NCBI RefSeq assembly: GCF_009914755.1
Contig: NC_060940.1
Direction: 5' to 3' (one strand)
Length of the DNA stretch: 64,000 bases
Source: the human T2T-CHM13v2.0 reference genome, Homo sapiens
The notes beneath the pieces are model-generated. The model saw only the letters and a program-made list of their open reading frames with translations. It did no database searches and was not told where the DNA came from. Shown here piece by piece: positions 39,624-56,038 of the stretch (position 1 is its first letter; every line of letters begins with the position of its first letter). The position numbers were made by a program, and so were the translations under genes.

Positions 39624-41409
39624 TAGCAGGAACCACAGCCAGGGTTCATGTCTCAGAAACAATCTGGTTAGATAGCTAAGGATACCTGGGTATCACTGAT
39701 GTTGGACTCTTATGAATTACTGTGAATAATTTCTAAACTGTCACTGGGTCTTTGTACCCACCAGTGTACAGGTGGGAAGGAAGATCTTGCCTTTGACTAA
39801 TATAAGGGATACCTGCTGATACTACTCACAGTGAAGAATAGGCAGGAGGTTTAGATACTAGCCAGCTGAAAGATTCATGATAGCAGTGTGTTTTTCAAAC
39901 TGTGGGTTGTGTCCTATTGGTAAGTTATAAGTAATCTTTTTGGTTTTGCAGGAAGGTGAGTGATAGAGTAGTATAGGACTTATCAGAGTTAGTTGCATAT
40001 AGTAAGGTTAGGTATTGTTCAATGATACTCTATTTTGTGTTCAGAAATAATTAATTGAATAATTGCACTGAGGGAACATGAAAAAGTAGTGAGGAGTAAC
40101 TTGATTTCTTATCTCCTCTAGAAATGTGCTTGCATTATCCTCTGTCCTAATCCCCACTTCTAATTTTCTATCTTTCTGTTGTTCTCTTCTTCTCATGGAT
40201 GCCCATTTTTGATCTGCAATTGTATTTGATTTGATTTGCACTGTATTTTAAACATCTGTGATTAAATCACAGAGTAATCATTATGAGATTCTAGGTTCAA
40301 GTAAAAGCATCACGTTGCAAAAGAAAAGATGTAATCAGGAAAAAGAAATCTGACATGTTTGAAGAGTACAGCTTGTTGGACATGCTGAGAAGAATAGGAG
40401 GAGGTGGTGATGAGAGACAAAGCTGGAAAGGCAGATTAAAGCCATATCCTGCAGGCTTTGTTTTTATTTTATGTTTTATTTTTATATTCTGTACCAGCCA
40501 CGGAGAGACAACCTACAGGCTTTGAATGTCATGCCAAAAGAATTTGGATTTTATTCTGTAGGCCTTGAGGAGCCAGAGAGGTTAGGGCAACTTCTCCATC
40601 CTCCTAAGTATTTCACTTCATTTTCCAGTGCTAAATATCAGAGTCCCCAAGGCATAGTCCCTCGCACTCTGATCTTCGTTAATCAGTCTTTCCTTCGGAG
40701 CATTCATCTGTTCTTGCCAAGTTTACCTATTAGTTTTCTTTGAATGACTCCTGTATCTTTATCTCTAGGTCTGATGCCCCAGATTGCAGGCCTGCATTCT
40801 CAACTGCCTGCTGAATATTCCAATTGCTATTTGGATATTCTACTGTCCTCAGTCATAACATAGCTAAATGCGTTTTTCTCATCCTCAAATAATGGTCTCT
40901 TCATATTCCCTCTTGTTGGTGTCATTTTTCTCTAAGACACCAGTGTTGAATTTTACAGTTTTCTTTTGGCTCCCTATCCCCAAACTGTCTGCATGCCTAA
41001 TTCCCTTTGCTCCTATAAATCTCTATTCAGATGTCAATTTAACAGAGACCTTCTCAGCTCATCCTATACAAAATATATGACAGTAACCCTTTCCCTGCCC
41101 CAATATTTCCTATACTTTTCTCCTCCTTTTCTTCAAAGCCCTTATCTTACCTGATATATTACGTATTTATTTGTTTATTATCCATATTTCCAACTATAAG
41201 TTAAATGTCATGAGGAATTTTGTTGGTTTTGTGCATTGGGGAATTCCTAGTGGCCAAAACAGTGCCGGCTACATAATAAAGTTATAAATATTTAAATATT
41301 TTGCTGGCTGAATAATTTTTTCACCATGTTCTACCAGTTTTTCATGTATGTTTTATATATCCCTTTTTCTCCATAGCTTCCACTATCTTAATTCAGATGC
41401 TGTAACAAC

Positions 41410-42230
41410 TTCTTTTTGAAACAGAGTCTCGCTCTGTCGCTGAGGCTGGAGTGCAGTGGGATGATCCCAGTTCACTGCAACCTCTGCCACCTGGGTTCAA
41501 GCGATTTTTGTGCCTCTCAGCCTCCTGAGTAGCTGGGACTACAGGCGTGCACCACCATACCAGCTAATTTTTGTATTTTTAGTAACGACAGAGTTTCACC
41601 ATGTTTGGCCAGGCTGGTATTGAACGCTTGGCCTCAAGTGATCCACCTGCCTCAGCCTCTTAAAATGCTGAAAGTACAGGCGTGAGCCACTGCACTTGGC
41701 CTTTTTTCATCAACATTTATTTTAAGTTCCTGGGTACATGTGCAGGATGTGTAGGTTTGTTACATAGGTAAATGTGTGCTGTAGTGGTTTACTACACAGA
41801 TCAGCCAATCACCTAGGTATTAAGCTCAGCCTCCATTAACTATTCTTCCTGATGCTTTACCTCCACCAACCCCTCTGACAACCCCAAATGTGTGTTGTCA
41901 TGTGTCCATGTGTTTTCATCATTCAGCTCCCTCTTATAAGTGAGAACATGGTGTTGTTTGGTTTTCTGTTTCTGCATTTGCTGAGAATAATGGCTTCCAG
42001 TTCCATCCATGTCCCTGCAAAGGACATGGTCTTGTTCCTTTTTGTGGCTGCATAGTATTCCATGGTGTATATGTACCACATTTTTTTTTATCTGATCTAT
42101 CATTTATGGGCATTTGGGTTGATACCATGTCTTTTCCACCTGCGCATATCTTTATAATAGAATGATTTATATTCCTTTAGAATATACCCAGTAACATGAT
42201 TGCTGGCTCAAATGGTATTTCTGCCCCTAG
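41410..42230 (-). mobile_element. Alu (41410-41702) followed by an L1PA 3' fragment
   Basis: Alu dimer, then GGGTACATGTGCAGGATGTG...TTATAAGTGAGAACATG...TTCCATCCATGTCCCTGCAAAGGACATG. Confidence 0.88.
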
Positions 42231-42294
42231 CAGATGCTCATAATTTTTTGGCCAGAATTATTGTAAAGCCCTTTCTAGCCTCTTTCTACTTCGC

Positions 42295-42985
<691 letters not shown>

Positions 42986-43441
42986 CTACTCCATTTTTTA
43001 CAAATCTTTGAGGTTGATGTTTCTTAAAACACTGCTTTAATTACATCACTTCCGTTCTCAGGAGCTTTTTGTGGCTCCCCATTACGTATTGAATGGTGGA
43101 CGAAAGTTAATTATGCTCCTGTCTCAACTTTGTTTCCTATGCTCATCTCTTGCACAGACCTTTCTTTCTTCATTACTGGTCTACTGACAAACCAAGTTTA
43201 CTCTACATTTCTGTCTTGCCTGGAATGTCCTCTTCTACTTATGATACTTTGGCTATTTTCTTTACAAGGATCAGCTACTCACTTAGGTCATCTTGAGCAA
43301 ATATTGTTTGAAGAAGGATGTATGTGGGTAGAAAGCCAGCAGGAACCTAAGTGCCCCTAGTAAAAAGATTTTCTCCAACCCTTTCATAGCATCTACTTAT
43401 CTGTGTATTTTCTTTTCTCTTCTGACTAGTCAGTTCTCTCT

Positions 43442-43778
<337 letters not shown>

Positions 43779-44136
43779 CAGTTCTTTATATTTTTTAGTG
43801 AAAATCCTTAAAGCAGGCGGTCTGATGAACTTAACTACTTAAGATTTTCCCTCTGAGAACATGTCTTGATAAGGAATATCAAGTCATTGGTCAATCTATA
43901 GATGATCTCTCTTGAGCCAGGTCATACCCTTAATCCAATCAGTAATGGTCCCTGGTTAAAGAACAAGCTTTTGCTGCTTAAATAGGTGGCTGAGGGTGGA
44001 GTATATTTAGCTAGAATGAACCATAAGGGAGAGACAGGCACTGTAAAGAACAGGTTGAATATACCAACTATCTGAATTCTGTCTTTTTTTTAAGACTCAA
44101 TCTTTTCCTTTCTTGATCTCTGACACTCTATTGTGA

Positions 44137-44508
<372 letters not shown>

Positions 44509-44676
44509 TTTCTGTGTTCTTATAATTGTAATAGATTGCAAGCCCCTAAATGGTTGGGGCTGAGTTTTATACATCTTTTGATCTTCCTTGTGCTTAGCCT
44601 ATACAACCTTAGGAGACATTTCTTCTAGGGTTCTTAAACACACATTCTAATATACGTTCAATTGTTTTTCTTTCAG

Positions 44677-44817
44677 GGCCTTTACCTTCTAATGCAAAAG
44701 CCGCCATCAACCTTCAGGATGATCCCATCATTCAAAAGTATGGCTCTAAGAAAGTGGGCTTGACCAGATGCCTTCTGACAAAGGAGGAAATGAGAACGTT
44801 TCACTTTCCATTACAAG
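44677..44817 (+). CDS. REXO5: REXO5 coding exon
   Basis: TTTCAG/GTTGGC; PLPSNAKAAINLQDDPIIQKYGSKKVGLTRCLLTKEEMRTFHFPLQ. Confidence 0.92.
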
Positions 44818-45339
44818 GTTGGCTTAGGCTTACTCTGATATTGCTAACAATGTAAGAATATCTAACAGCTTATTTAAATACTACTGTTTGAGATTCATTT
44901 ATCTGGCTGTTTTCTGAGTGGCTTATTCTTATTTCATCTTCTATTAATGAGGAAATATCTTCGGCACAGTGTATCTCAAAAGTGTGTGATGTCTACCGTG
45001 ATTGGCAAAGTGATGATTTTAGGTAGTACATGAATGTGACATTAAATAGCATTGAAATAATATTTAATAAGAAAGTTATTCCCTTTCCTTTTCATTCAGT
45101 TTTCTTTCATTTCTTCTTAATATATTAAAAACAGTCAGTATGTCTTTAACATTTTAACACTTTTCCAGTACTTCTAATTCTCCTCCCACACTGCCCCCAT
45201 ATTTCTTTAACAAATAGAGCAGGTCTAGGCTCGGAGCCTTGGTCAATTATATAGCAAGAATTTAATAAAAGTACTTTGATTTCATTTTATTTTCTTTGTT
45301 ACCTCCTAATTATAGCAATGATAATTAAATTTCCTTTTT

Positions 45340-46190
45340 TAAAAACAGATATAATTTAACATACCACACAATTCACCCACTTAAAGTTACAATTAAGTAT
45401 TTTTTACTATGTTCACAGAGTTGTACAGCCATCACCACAATTTTAGAACACTTCTATCATCCCAAAAGAAACCCTGTATTATAATTTCCCTCCAACTCCC
45501 TGAGCCTTTGACAACCGTTAATCTAGTTTCTATATATAGATTTACCCATTCTGGGTATTTCCTGTAAGTGGATGTGCAATATGTGGGCTTTGTGACTGGC
45601 TTCTTTAACTTAGCATAATGTTCTCAAGCTTCATCCATGTTGTAGCATGTATCAGTACTACATTTATTTTCACTGCTTAATGATACTGCATTGGATAGAC
45701 TGTTCATCAGGTGATGGACATTTGGGTTGTTTCCACTTTTTAGTTAATAATGCTGCTATGAATATTCAGGTCCAAGTTTTTTGTGTGGGCACATGCTTTC
45801 ATTTCTGTTGGGTATATACCTAGGAGTATAATTGCTGGGTCATGTGACAACTCTGTGTTTAACCTTTTGAGGAACTGTCAGGCTGTGAAAGCTGCCGTAC
45901 CATTTTACTTTCCCACCAGCAGCATATGAGGTTTCCAGTTCCTGCACATTCTTGCCAACATTTACTATTATCTTGTCTGAATATATCCATCCTAGTGGGT
46001 ATGAAGTGGTGTCTCATTGTGATTTTGATTTGCATGTTTCTGTTGGCTGATGATTTTGAGCAACTTTTCACATGCTTATTAGTCATTTGTATAGCTTCAG
46101 AGAACTGTCTATTCAGATCCTTTGTCCATTTTTAAATTGGGCTGTATTTTATCATGGAATTATTGGAGTTCTTATTTTCTGGATGCATAA
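45340..46190 (-). mobile_element. Old L1 (L1MB-like) 3' fragment
   Basis: ACAATTCACCCACTTAAAG...GGTATATACCTAGGAG...CATTCTTGCCAACA...TTTGTCCATTTTTAAATTGG. Confidence 0.8.
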
Positions 46191-47353
46191 ATTTTATTTT
46201 TTTAATTTTTTAAGTTGATGTAGGCGTGTTTTATAGGTGCCAGGCACCGTACTAAGTGCCTTTTTGTACATTAACTGGCAGTCCTATGATATATGAACTA
46301 AATTTTAACTCCATTTTATACATGGCTTTTTTCTCTATTTATTTTAACATATTTATAACCATCTTTTTCTTGAGGTTGCACTACTGTCACATGAGCACGT
46401 AGTAAGGGCAGTACTGCTAACACCTATAAAACACCACTGATAATATAGATAAGGTAGGCAGCAAATATAGTGTCTGTGAGATTTGAGGCTGCCTTTCTTC
46501 TCTGGGATAGACCATCTTTTGATTCTTTTCATTGCGATTAGTTGGAAATTTCACAGTACCGGGAATCAGAAATTGGTCAAAGGTTTGCATAGCCCCCTTT
46601 GTTCCGTGTCAAACAAGATTTAGATGTTACCTTTACTGCTCCAGCCTCTGCCTGAAGGTAGAAATCTTCAACAATTCAGATGCTTTTGGGTTTTTGAGCT
46701 AAATATGCATGGTTATGGACTCAGGGTTCACAAATAGAGGGAGTACCTTAAATCTATAGCTGAGCCTCTGTAGGAAATATGTGATTCCAGAAAATGCAGG
46801 CAAGGCTCTGAATAGGTGTTTCAGAGGAATCTCACAGGTTGAGTTGGGTGGAGGGACACATATGGTGAATGTTACTTAAACTTTCTTCCTACTATGAAAT
46901 CCTTTTAGATCTCCATTATGGTGGAATCTCATTCCTATTTTCTCTTCCTGTATTTAGGAAAGAAAGATGCCACATACAGTTATTTGCATACTTTATTCAT
47001 TCTTTCTTAGTGCTGACATGGAAAGCGCCTAATGACTTTGGGTTTAGCCATGATTTAGTTATCTCTTTTCTCATGAGGAGGAAAAATTGTTACTTGGTAA
47101 CTGCCAGGAAGTTCAAGCCCCAGAATCTCCTCCTAACAGCAAGCCTACATTATTCTTTCAATATAAAAATGAGTAGATGGAGAAAAACTTGAGGACAGAG
47201 ATTGTATCTTATTTAGTCATTGTATTTCAAGTGTCTAACATACCAACATATCTGACTAAAATATCTAGTATTGTAGTTTTACCTGCTTGAATCTAAGAGT
47301 GATGTTTACCATCTCTATTCTAAAGGCAAACATTTTCTTCCTTTTTCTCCTAG

Positions 47354-47442
47354 GTTTTCCTGATTGTGAAAACTTTTTACTTACCAAATGTAATGGTTCT
47401 ATAGCAGACAATAGTCCTCTCTTTGGACTTGACTGTGAAATG
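47354..47442 (+). CDS. REXO5: REXO5 coding exon with Exo I (DCE) motif, GC donor
   Basis: CCTAG acceptor; FPDCENFLLTKCNGSIADNSPLFGLDCEM; frame with the next exon requires ATG|GCACGT. Confidence 0.88.
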
Positions 47443-47641
47443 GCACGTACTACTTTTAATTTTTCAATTGGAGTGTTGCAAGCTGAGGTCTAGTAGAAAA
47501 TGATTTCTTGAGTCTAATGCACTAATGAACGAATACATTCATTTTTAGTATTCTGTTTTAATAGCTGAAAGTAGGTCCTTTTACTCACACTTTAGAAAAC
47601 TTAGATCTGTATTCCAGGATAAAGAATAAATATCACATAAG

Positions 47642-47935
<294 letters not shown>

Positions 47936-48747
47936 CACGTTTTCCAACTAGTTACTATGTTTAATCAGGTCTTTGCATGTTGCTAGAAGTTGATTCCTTG
48001 TGTTTGAAGAAGTATTTTGTTGTTGCTGCCATGAGGACTTTGCCTTAATTGTTGGTTTGGCTTAGTTTTACACCTTGAAGATCAGAAATAGGATTTCCCT
48101 GCTTAAGTTCCCCTCGTGCTTTGCTTTATCTAATTGTAGTAAGCCTCTTTTCAAAGACAGTGCATCCCCTCTCAGTACTCAGGAAACAGTTTCTCAATTC
48201 TTAATAGAGTAACTAAGACCTAAAATTTGAGAATCTGACATATCAGGGTGTATATCCTGTCCTTGCCTGTTAGTGGCTATGTCGCCTTAGACAAATACCC
48301 CTAACCTATCAGCCTCGGCTTCTCCCTCTGTGAAGTGGGGGTAATAATAAAGCCTACCTCAAAAGGTAATTATGAGAGTGGCATATATAAAATTCTTAGT
48401 ACAGCACTAGCTGATAATAGAATGGGCTTCATAAAAATTACCTATTAGTGGTATTTAGCATAATACTGGATATAGTACACACTCCATAAATGGTAGATAC
48501 AATTATTAATATTATTTGCATTCATCTTCTTTGTGCAGACTACACTGTGTTGATCCTCTTAAGTGTAACATTCAGCAGCCTGCCCAGCTTTAATTTCACT
48601 CACACTAGATCCTCTAGAAAGCAAGTTTGTGCCATTGCTGCAGGGACCCTGGTAGATTACAGTAGATGGCAGTTGACATAGTGTAAATAGTAAGAAGAAG
48701 CAATAACTTCCACAGTTCAGCAGCCTGACTACATGTTGGTCTTTCAG

Positions 48748-48863
48748 TGCCTCACATCCAAGGGGAGAGAGCTAACACGCATCTCACTGGTTGCTGAAGG
48801 AGGCTGCTGTGTTATGGATGAACTGGTCAAACCTGAAAACAAGATTCTGGACTACCTCACCAG
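48748..48863 (+). CDS. REXO5: REXO5 coding exon (exonuclease domain)
   Basis: TTTCAG/GTATTT; CLTSKGRELTRISLVAEGGCCVMDELVKPENKILDYLT (REX1-like). Confidence 0.95.
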
Positions 48864-49972
48864 GTATTTTTCACCTTGCCTGCAGCTCTTCTAAGAGCTA
48901 TCGGGCTAGAATGGAATAATACTTAAGAATGGCCCACAGCTTCAGTTTAGTTAGGTTTTATCTACTTAAATATTATCAAAGGTTAGGGCATCACATAGGT
49001 ATATTTTAATGCTGAAATTGCACAATGTCAGTGTATAATGCTCTTGCCCTTCTTGATCTTCAATCTTCTTGTGACCTTAAGTCAGCAGAATATTATCTTC
49101 CTTGTTCCAGAATCTCCCAATTATAATCATTATCTACAACTGCCAAACAGCTAGAGCTTTGCTTTCTGATAAGACCTCATCTGAAAATCTGCAAGTCATC
49201 ATTTGGCAGTCAAGTGATGTTAGAGCTTAATCTGCCTTGACCCCCAAAACACAAACAAATATTTTTCATAACAGAAATTTGAAGCTGAAAATGTTAGTCT
49301 ACTTTTCCAAAGATTAGCATGTAATCTCAGAATGTACACACAGTGACTAGGCAAGAAGCCAGTGAAACATTACTGTTCCCATCCGTTGACGTGGCACCAG
49401 TAGATTCGTGATGACTTAGGGACAGAGAGGCAATGATAGTGATAAATACTGTCCTATTAGCAGACTTGACAATTAGATTCTTAGAGAACAGTCACGTGTG
49501 GCAAAGTTGTATGCACAAGCATGTTTGTCACAGTATTGCAAAAATGTGAGTATATAAATGTCTGAAAGTAGGGGATTAGTTAAAATATGCTGTATCTGTA
49601 TAATGGAATACTCTGTAACCATTTAAAAGGATGTGCTAAATAGATTTATTGATGTGCAAATGTGTTTATGACATATTATAAATGATAGATTCATTGTAAA
49701 GCAGCTCATGCATTATGATTACATTTTTATAAAAATTAAATATATACCTGAATCTATATCAAAAGTATGGAACGACATTTACTAAAATGTAAAAAAGCAA
49801 TCATCTCTGGGTGATAGGATTATGACTAATTTTTAATTCTTATTTGTCACTTTGGACACTAAGCATATATATATTAACAGTAATTTTAAAAAATGTTATT
49901 TTTAAAATCACTTTCCAGAGAGGAAAACTTGTTAATATCCTAGCCTGTCCATTTCTCTTTTTTTAATGAAAG

Positions 49973-50111
49973 CTTTTCGGGAATCACGAAGAAGATTCTT
50001 AACCCAGTGACGACCAAACTCAAAGATGTACAGAGGCAGTTAAAAGCACTGCTTCCTCCTGATGCTGTGTTAGTGGGCCACTCCTTAGATTTGGATCTCA
50101 GAGCACTGAAA
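49973..50111 (+). CDS. REXO5: REXO5 coding exon, Exo II motif
   Basis: AAG/GTGAGT; FSGITKKILNPVTTKLKDVQRQLKALLPPDAVLVGHSLDLDLRALK. Confidence 0.95.
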
Positions 50112-50267
50112 GTGAGTATCTGATTTAGGACTTTGCATTTTCAGTATAAATGCCTGTTCCATTTATCTCAAATCTAAAGTCTTGGGCTCTTCTCTCCCAC
50201 CCTGCTAGCCCACTTGTTTTTTCCTTTAGCATAAGACACTACTCATTTTATTCTCTTTCTTCCTCAG

Positions 50268-50362
50268 ATGATACATCCATATGTTATTGATACATCGTTG
50301 CTTTATGTCAGAGAGCAGGGCAGAAGATTTAAGCTCAAGTTCTTAGCCAAAGTTATTTTGGG
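50268..50362 (+). CDS. REXO5: REXO5 coding exon
   Basis: CTCAG/GTAGGT; MIHPYVIDTSLLYVREQGRRFKLKFLAKVIL. Confidence 0.95.
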
Positions 50363-51349
50363 GTAGGTTTGCTTATATGCTGTAATATTGTTCTGACAAA
50401 CTGCATACAAGTTAGCATGTAGTATCTAATTTAATGCATATTGCAAAATTCAGGGTTTCTGCTCTCTTTGCTTTAAACATGTTTTTTTGCATTTCTTATG
50501 AAATGAAGAAATTGTAGCAATAGAGACAGGGGTTTACATTCACAGTCGAGGCTTAATGGACAGAACTGAACCATGAAGGCAGAAGAGGTAACCAAAATTT
50601 CAAAACATAACATACCTATATGCCTATACAAGGTAGTATAACATACTTATACTGTCCTATTGTATTAAGACACATATGTACAAAGGTGTTCATTATAACA
50701 TGGTTTAAAATAGCAAAATAGAAAACCTCAAATATTCTAGAAGTCTGGTTGAGTAAATTATGGTTATCTGTATTATTGAATATTTTGTTGTTCAGAAGAA
50801 TATGATAAATCTGTTTGTGATATGAACACCTCTCTAAGACACTCCTGAGAATAAGGGATGCAGAGCAAGATCTATATATGCCTCAATATTTATATGATAT
50901 AGATTAGATTTAGTTCTATCTATAAATATATACATATATTAAGCTTTTTAAAAACACCTAAGAAAGTATTTAAGTATGTATAGACACTTATATACAAATA
51001 AAAAAGTTTCAGGAAGGCAACTTTAAACAATGGTTAGATCTGAGAAATGGGCCTGGTCCATTTCTTAGAGAAGGGCCTGGCCAGGGAGTCAGCCAGAAAC
51101 TTTTTGTTGGGTAGCCTTTTGTCCGGATGCTATGCTTGCTGTGAACAAAGCTATTCCTGATTGTTTTGCACCCCCAGTTCCTCTCGCAGGGCTGGGCAAT
51201 TAGCTGGAATAAAGGAACCTTGATTTTTGTGATGCAAATCTAATTATCAGAATTCTAACATTTTATATGTAATCAGAACACTTGAGATGGTTGAAAAAGC
51301 CTATCATTAAAAGTGCTTCCAGTATGTCAATTTTATATTGACTTTCCAG

Positions 51350-51452
51350 GAAGGATATACAGTGTCCAGACAGACTTGGTCATGATGCCACAGAAGATGC
51401 TAGAACAATCCTTGAATTGGCTCGGTATTTCCTTAAGCATGGCCCAAAAAAG
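51350..51452 (+). CDS. REXO5: REXO5 coding exon, Exo III motif (H-x4-D)
   Basis: CCAG/GTTAGT; KDIQCPDRLGHDATEDARTILELARYFLKHGPKK. Confidence 0.95.
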
Positions 51453-51560
51453 GTTAGTATCTTTGCCCAGTGTGTTCACCTTTTCTTAAAATCATGGGAC
51501 TAGATCAGATTATCACAGACTACCAACTCCTATTATCTATTTTTATGAAAATGGCAGTGT

Positions 51561-51880
51561 GGGCCAGGTGCAGTGGCTCATGCCTGTAATCCCAGCACTT
51601 TGGGAGGCCAGGGTGGGCAGATCACCAGGTCAGGAGTTCGAGACCAGCCTGGCCAATATGGTGAAACCCCGTCTCTACTAAAAATACAAAAATTAGCCAG
51701 GTGTGGTGGCGCGTGCCTGTAGTCCCAGCTACTCCAGAGGCTGAGACAGGAGAATCGCTTGAACCAGGGAGGCAGAGGTTGCGGGGAGGCAGAGGTTGCA
51801 GTGAGCCGAGATTGCACCACTGCACTCCAGCTTAGGTGACAGAGCAAGACTTCATCTCAAAAAAAAAAAAAAGAAAAGAA
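51561..51880 (+). mobile_element. Alu with internal 17-bp duplication
   Basis: Dimeric Alu; TSD AAAATGGCAGTGTG. Confidence 0.93.
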
Positions 51881-52984
51881 AATGGCAGTGTGATTGAATC
51901 CTAAAAAAAGAAAATGGCAGTGTGATTGAAGCCTAGCATGTATTTCGAATTAAGACCCATATCACTAGCATAATGTGGTTAAGTATATAGTCCCTGCAGT
52001 TGGGCTTATCTGTTTTAAAATATATGTTCTACTATGTCTAGCTGTATAATCTAGGGCAATTTCTCTGAACAACATCAGTTTTTGGATCTATAATATGGGA
52101 ATACACACTTTTCTGGGATATTGTTGAGAGTAAATGAGATATTGTGTATAAAATTCTTAGCACAGTGTCTTGAATATACTAAGCACTATCCTGGTGGTGT
52201 GGTGATTATTGTAGTTAATACTAATAATTATAAAAAATCTGCATAGATTTTTGTTTTCTTGGAGTAGGGGGAGCATACAATTGTTTCAACAGCAGTTCAG
52301 TGGGTAAATGTTAGAACAACACATAAGGGAGACATGGAAGAGGACATAGTCTCTGACAAACTTTATTATAATGCATTCTAACCTATTAGATTGTCCCATT
52401 GCATAGTACATTCCATCATGACTCCATTATGAAATAAATTGTACTCCACATAGAATAATAAGTAACAGCCAGAATAGTCTTTTGTGTCAGGTGGTAGAAA
52501 GACATTCTAACAGATCTTCTTTGAGCATATAGATAATAATAGCCACCACTCACTGAGGTCTTAAGTGTACTGTTCTAAAATGCTGTATATACATTATCTT
52601 ATTTAATCCTCACAACAGCCCTGTGAGTTAGCTATTATCATTCCAATTTTATACATGAGCCTTTCGAGGTTACCAAAGGTTAGATAACTTATCTGAGGTC
52701 CCACAGTCAGTCAGAGGTGGAACCAGAATTGAAACCCAGGTCTGTCACATTCTGTCTTTTCTGTATACCAGGGATTAGCAAACTTTTTCTGTAAAGGCCA
52801 ACTAGTAAATATTGTAGGCTTTGCAGATCATATTGTCTTTATTGCAGCTACTCAACTTGCTGTGGTACTGCAAGAGCAGCCATAGACATTATGTCAACAC
52901 TGGTGGGCACAGCTGAAATAAAACTTTATTTATTTACAAAAAAATATGTATTGGTGTCTGCTAATCTCTGCTCTAAATCACTAC

Positions 52985-54280
<1,296 letters not shown>

Positions 54281-54708
54281 ACTTAATTATGCTTGATTTC
54301 CAGTGAAAATTGTGTCTCACTTGGATAAAAACTAACCAAATCTGAATTAAGCATGGGCTTAATTAATAATAATGCATTACTATTGGTTCATTAATTGTGA
54401 CAAATGCACCATACAAATCTATTACTAATAGGTAAAAATGGAGGTATGCTATATGGGAACTCTGTACTATTTTCATAATTTTTCTGTAAATCTAAACTGA
54501 TTCTAAAAAAAAAGTTTATTTTTAAAATTTGTAACTTTAAAAATTATTCTCTCTACATCACAACTCCCTGGTGGGCTCCCACTTTACGGAAGGAGAAGAA
54601 ATAACTAGAATAGACTTCTCATGATTTTGTATTAAACTAATAAATAGTCTTTTTAAAAAATTTTCCTGTAAAAGCCATTCTTTTATCATTTCCAAAATTG
54701 CATGTTTG

Positions 54709-54756
54709 CAGAGAAGTAAATTTTAAGTGACTCAGAGAAGTAAATTTTAAGTGACT
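54709..54756 (+). repeat. Perfect 24-bp tandem duplication
   Basis: CAGAGAAGTAAATTTTAAGTGACT x2. Confidence 0.95.
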
Positions 54757-55070
54757 GACTGTTGGATGAGTGATGAGCCAAAATTGACATCCTTTTTCAA
54801 TCAGCCCTACTTGGCCCTTCCCCATATTCATGTAACAATGTTAGTAGCTGATAACAGATTGCCGGTCTTGGCTAAGCAACCATAAACCATCTGGTAACTA
54901 TTGAAGCCATCCCAGGGCTGTGGCAATGGCAAAGCCACTGCCTAAGAGAACAGAGAACATTATTCAAGTGGATTTTTTGCTTTTTGTTGTTGTTGCTTTT
55001 TGTTTTGTATTTATTTGAGCATCAAATGCTCTGCAAGCAATTATATTTTTACCACTTTGTTTTCTTCAAG

Positions 55071-55174
55071 ATTGCAGAACTAAATCTAGAAGCACTAGCT
55101 AATCACCAAGAAATACAAGCAGCAGGCCAAGAGCCTAAAAACACAGCAGAAGTACTTCAGCACCCAAACACAAG
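55071..55174 (+). CDS. REXO5: REXO5 coding exon
   Basis: TTCAAG/GTAATA; IAELNLEALANHQEIQAAGQEPKNTAEVLQHPNT. Confidence 0.9.
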
Positions 55175-55917
55175 GTAATATTTTCAGTTTGAAACAAGAG
55201 CAAAGACAAATGGAGTATCTAGTTTCTTATTTAACAACACCTGAGAATGTTTTTATCCTCTTTTGAGTCTATTAAAAACTATTTACCAAAAAATGATAAC
55301 ATCTATCACAAAAACCACGGAAAAAATACCACCTTCTAGCCTTAATATATAGTATTTAATTTCTAATTTTCTGAATCTAGTGGCTGGTCTAAAATGATAT
55401 CCTTGATCAAAAAAAAAAAAAAGAAAAAATAATTGGAATACGTTGAACCTAGGTAGCACTGGGAAAGATGATAGACTAGTTGGTATTTTGGCTAGAAGAG
55501 TCAATCTGTAGCCTTGTTGTATTGCCCAGACTATGAAAGACACACACACAGACTCAAAAGGGCTTTGTCTCCAGACTATAGCAAATGTATCAGATCTTTA
55601 GAATTTTGCCTAATCTTTTGATAGAGAGCTTTGGGTATATTTCTTGTTTATCCTTCCTCTCTCTATTGAAGCAACACTGTCCAAAACAATTTTCTGTGAT
55701 GATGGAAGTGCTCTACATCTGTGCTATCTCGTTTGGTAGCTGCTAGTCACATTTGACTAGTGCAGTTGAGGAACTGAATTTTTAATTTTATTTAATTTTA
55801 ATTTTAATAGCTATATATTGCTAGTGGCTACCATATTGTATAATGCAAGTATAGAGAAATAACTGTCAGGTTCTGGAAAACTGTTGTTCTTACCTTAACT
55901 CTTCTACTTCTTTATAG

Positions 55918-56038
55918 TGTTTTAGAATGCTTGGATTCAGTGGGTCAGAAGCTTCTTTTTTTGACCCGGGAGACAGATGCTGGTGAACTTCCATCTTCCA
56001 GAAATTGTCAAACTATTAAGTGTCTTTCAAATAAAGAG
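55918..56038 (+). CDS. REXO5: REXO5 coding exon
   Basis: TTATAG/GTGAGT; VLECLDSVGQKLLFLTRETDAGELPSSRNCQTIKCLSNKE. Confidence 0.92.

Noticed and set aside
49408-49500. GTGATGA as a C/D snoRNA box C
   Set aside because: No suitably placed CTGA box D or terminal stem found
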